This document shows, one piece after another, positions 63,471 to 64,000 of a stretch of 64,000 nt of DNA; position 1 is the first letter of the stretch, and every line of letters starts with the position of its first letter. The position numbers and the translations under genes are program-made. The notes under the pieces are model-generated. The model worked only from the letters and a program-made list of their open reading frames with translations, made no database searches and was not told where the DNA came from. Source of the DNA: Phoronis australis (taxonomy: Eukaryota; Animalia; Phoronida); NCBI GenBank assembly GCA_002633005.1, contig NMRA01000059.1, positions 619,133 to 683,132 on the forward strand, written 5' to 3'.

Positions 63471-64000
63471 TGAGAGAGAGAGAGGTTGTTTATTGCACTT
63501 GGAGCTAAGCTCATTTTTACATATTACATTGCAACATTTGGTATAGGTGGCAATTTCATGTCCGGGTATTCAATACATATATACACATTTATACGTTACA
63601 ATGTTAGAGTTTCCTGTCTAATACCATAAGCCTTTAATATAAATAAGGATGGTCTTTTCAAAAGATTTCCAGAGTTTGTTTTGAATAAGTATTTGACGTT
63701 TTCGATGTCTGTATGCTGTCGGTATATTTCTGGTAAAAAATTCTTTCTAATGTCGTTAAGTACGGGGCAGGTAAGTAATAAGTGTATTTCGTCTTCAATT
63801 TCTGAACGGTTGCAAATTTCGCAAAGTCTATCTTCCTTTGGAATGCCATGGTGCCTACCAGTTTCTATTTTCAGTTGGTGTCCAGAGCACCTGAATTTGG
63901 CTAAAATTCTACGTAGAGTTGGTGGTAGACTGTAAAGATATTCTTCACAAGATAAATCTGTTTTGATAATAGAGTAAAATGAGCACTTGCTAGAGCTCTG

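Overview
AT-rich eukaryotic DNA (GT-AG introns, MITE-like and Helentron-like repeats; probably a marine invertebrate, organism not determinable here). It contains a tandem cluster of small genes that the ORF track shows only as fragments. Most have a 10-16 codon basic first exon (e.g. MSxxxVxPRKQK) joined by a phase-1 intron to one exon encoding two copies of the motif H-x4-C-x-W-xn-C-x-C. I count 13 loci: about 10 with an open core exon, 2 frameshifted and 1 remnant. Two further paralogs share the first exon but carry a Gly/Arg/His-rich tail. None has a signal peptide. Most have kappaB-like GGGAAWTT/AAATTCCC motifs just upstream of a TATA-like box. The cluster shows birth-and-death turnover: segmental duplications, a swapped promoter/exon-1 cassette, one precise intron loss and hypervariable loops. 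I do not recognise the family. My working inference is a family of inducible, intracellular, probably metal-binding immune or stress effectors. All gene models were spliced by eye and need RNA support.
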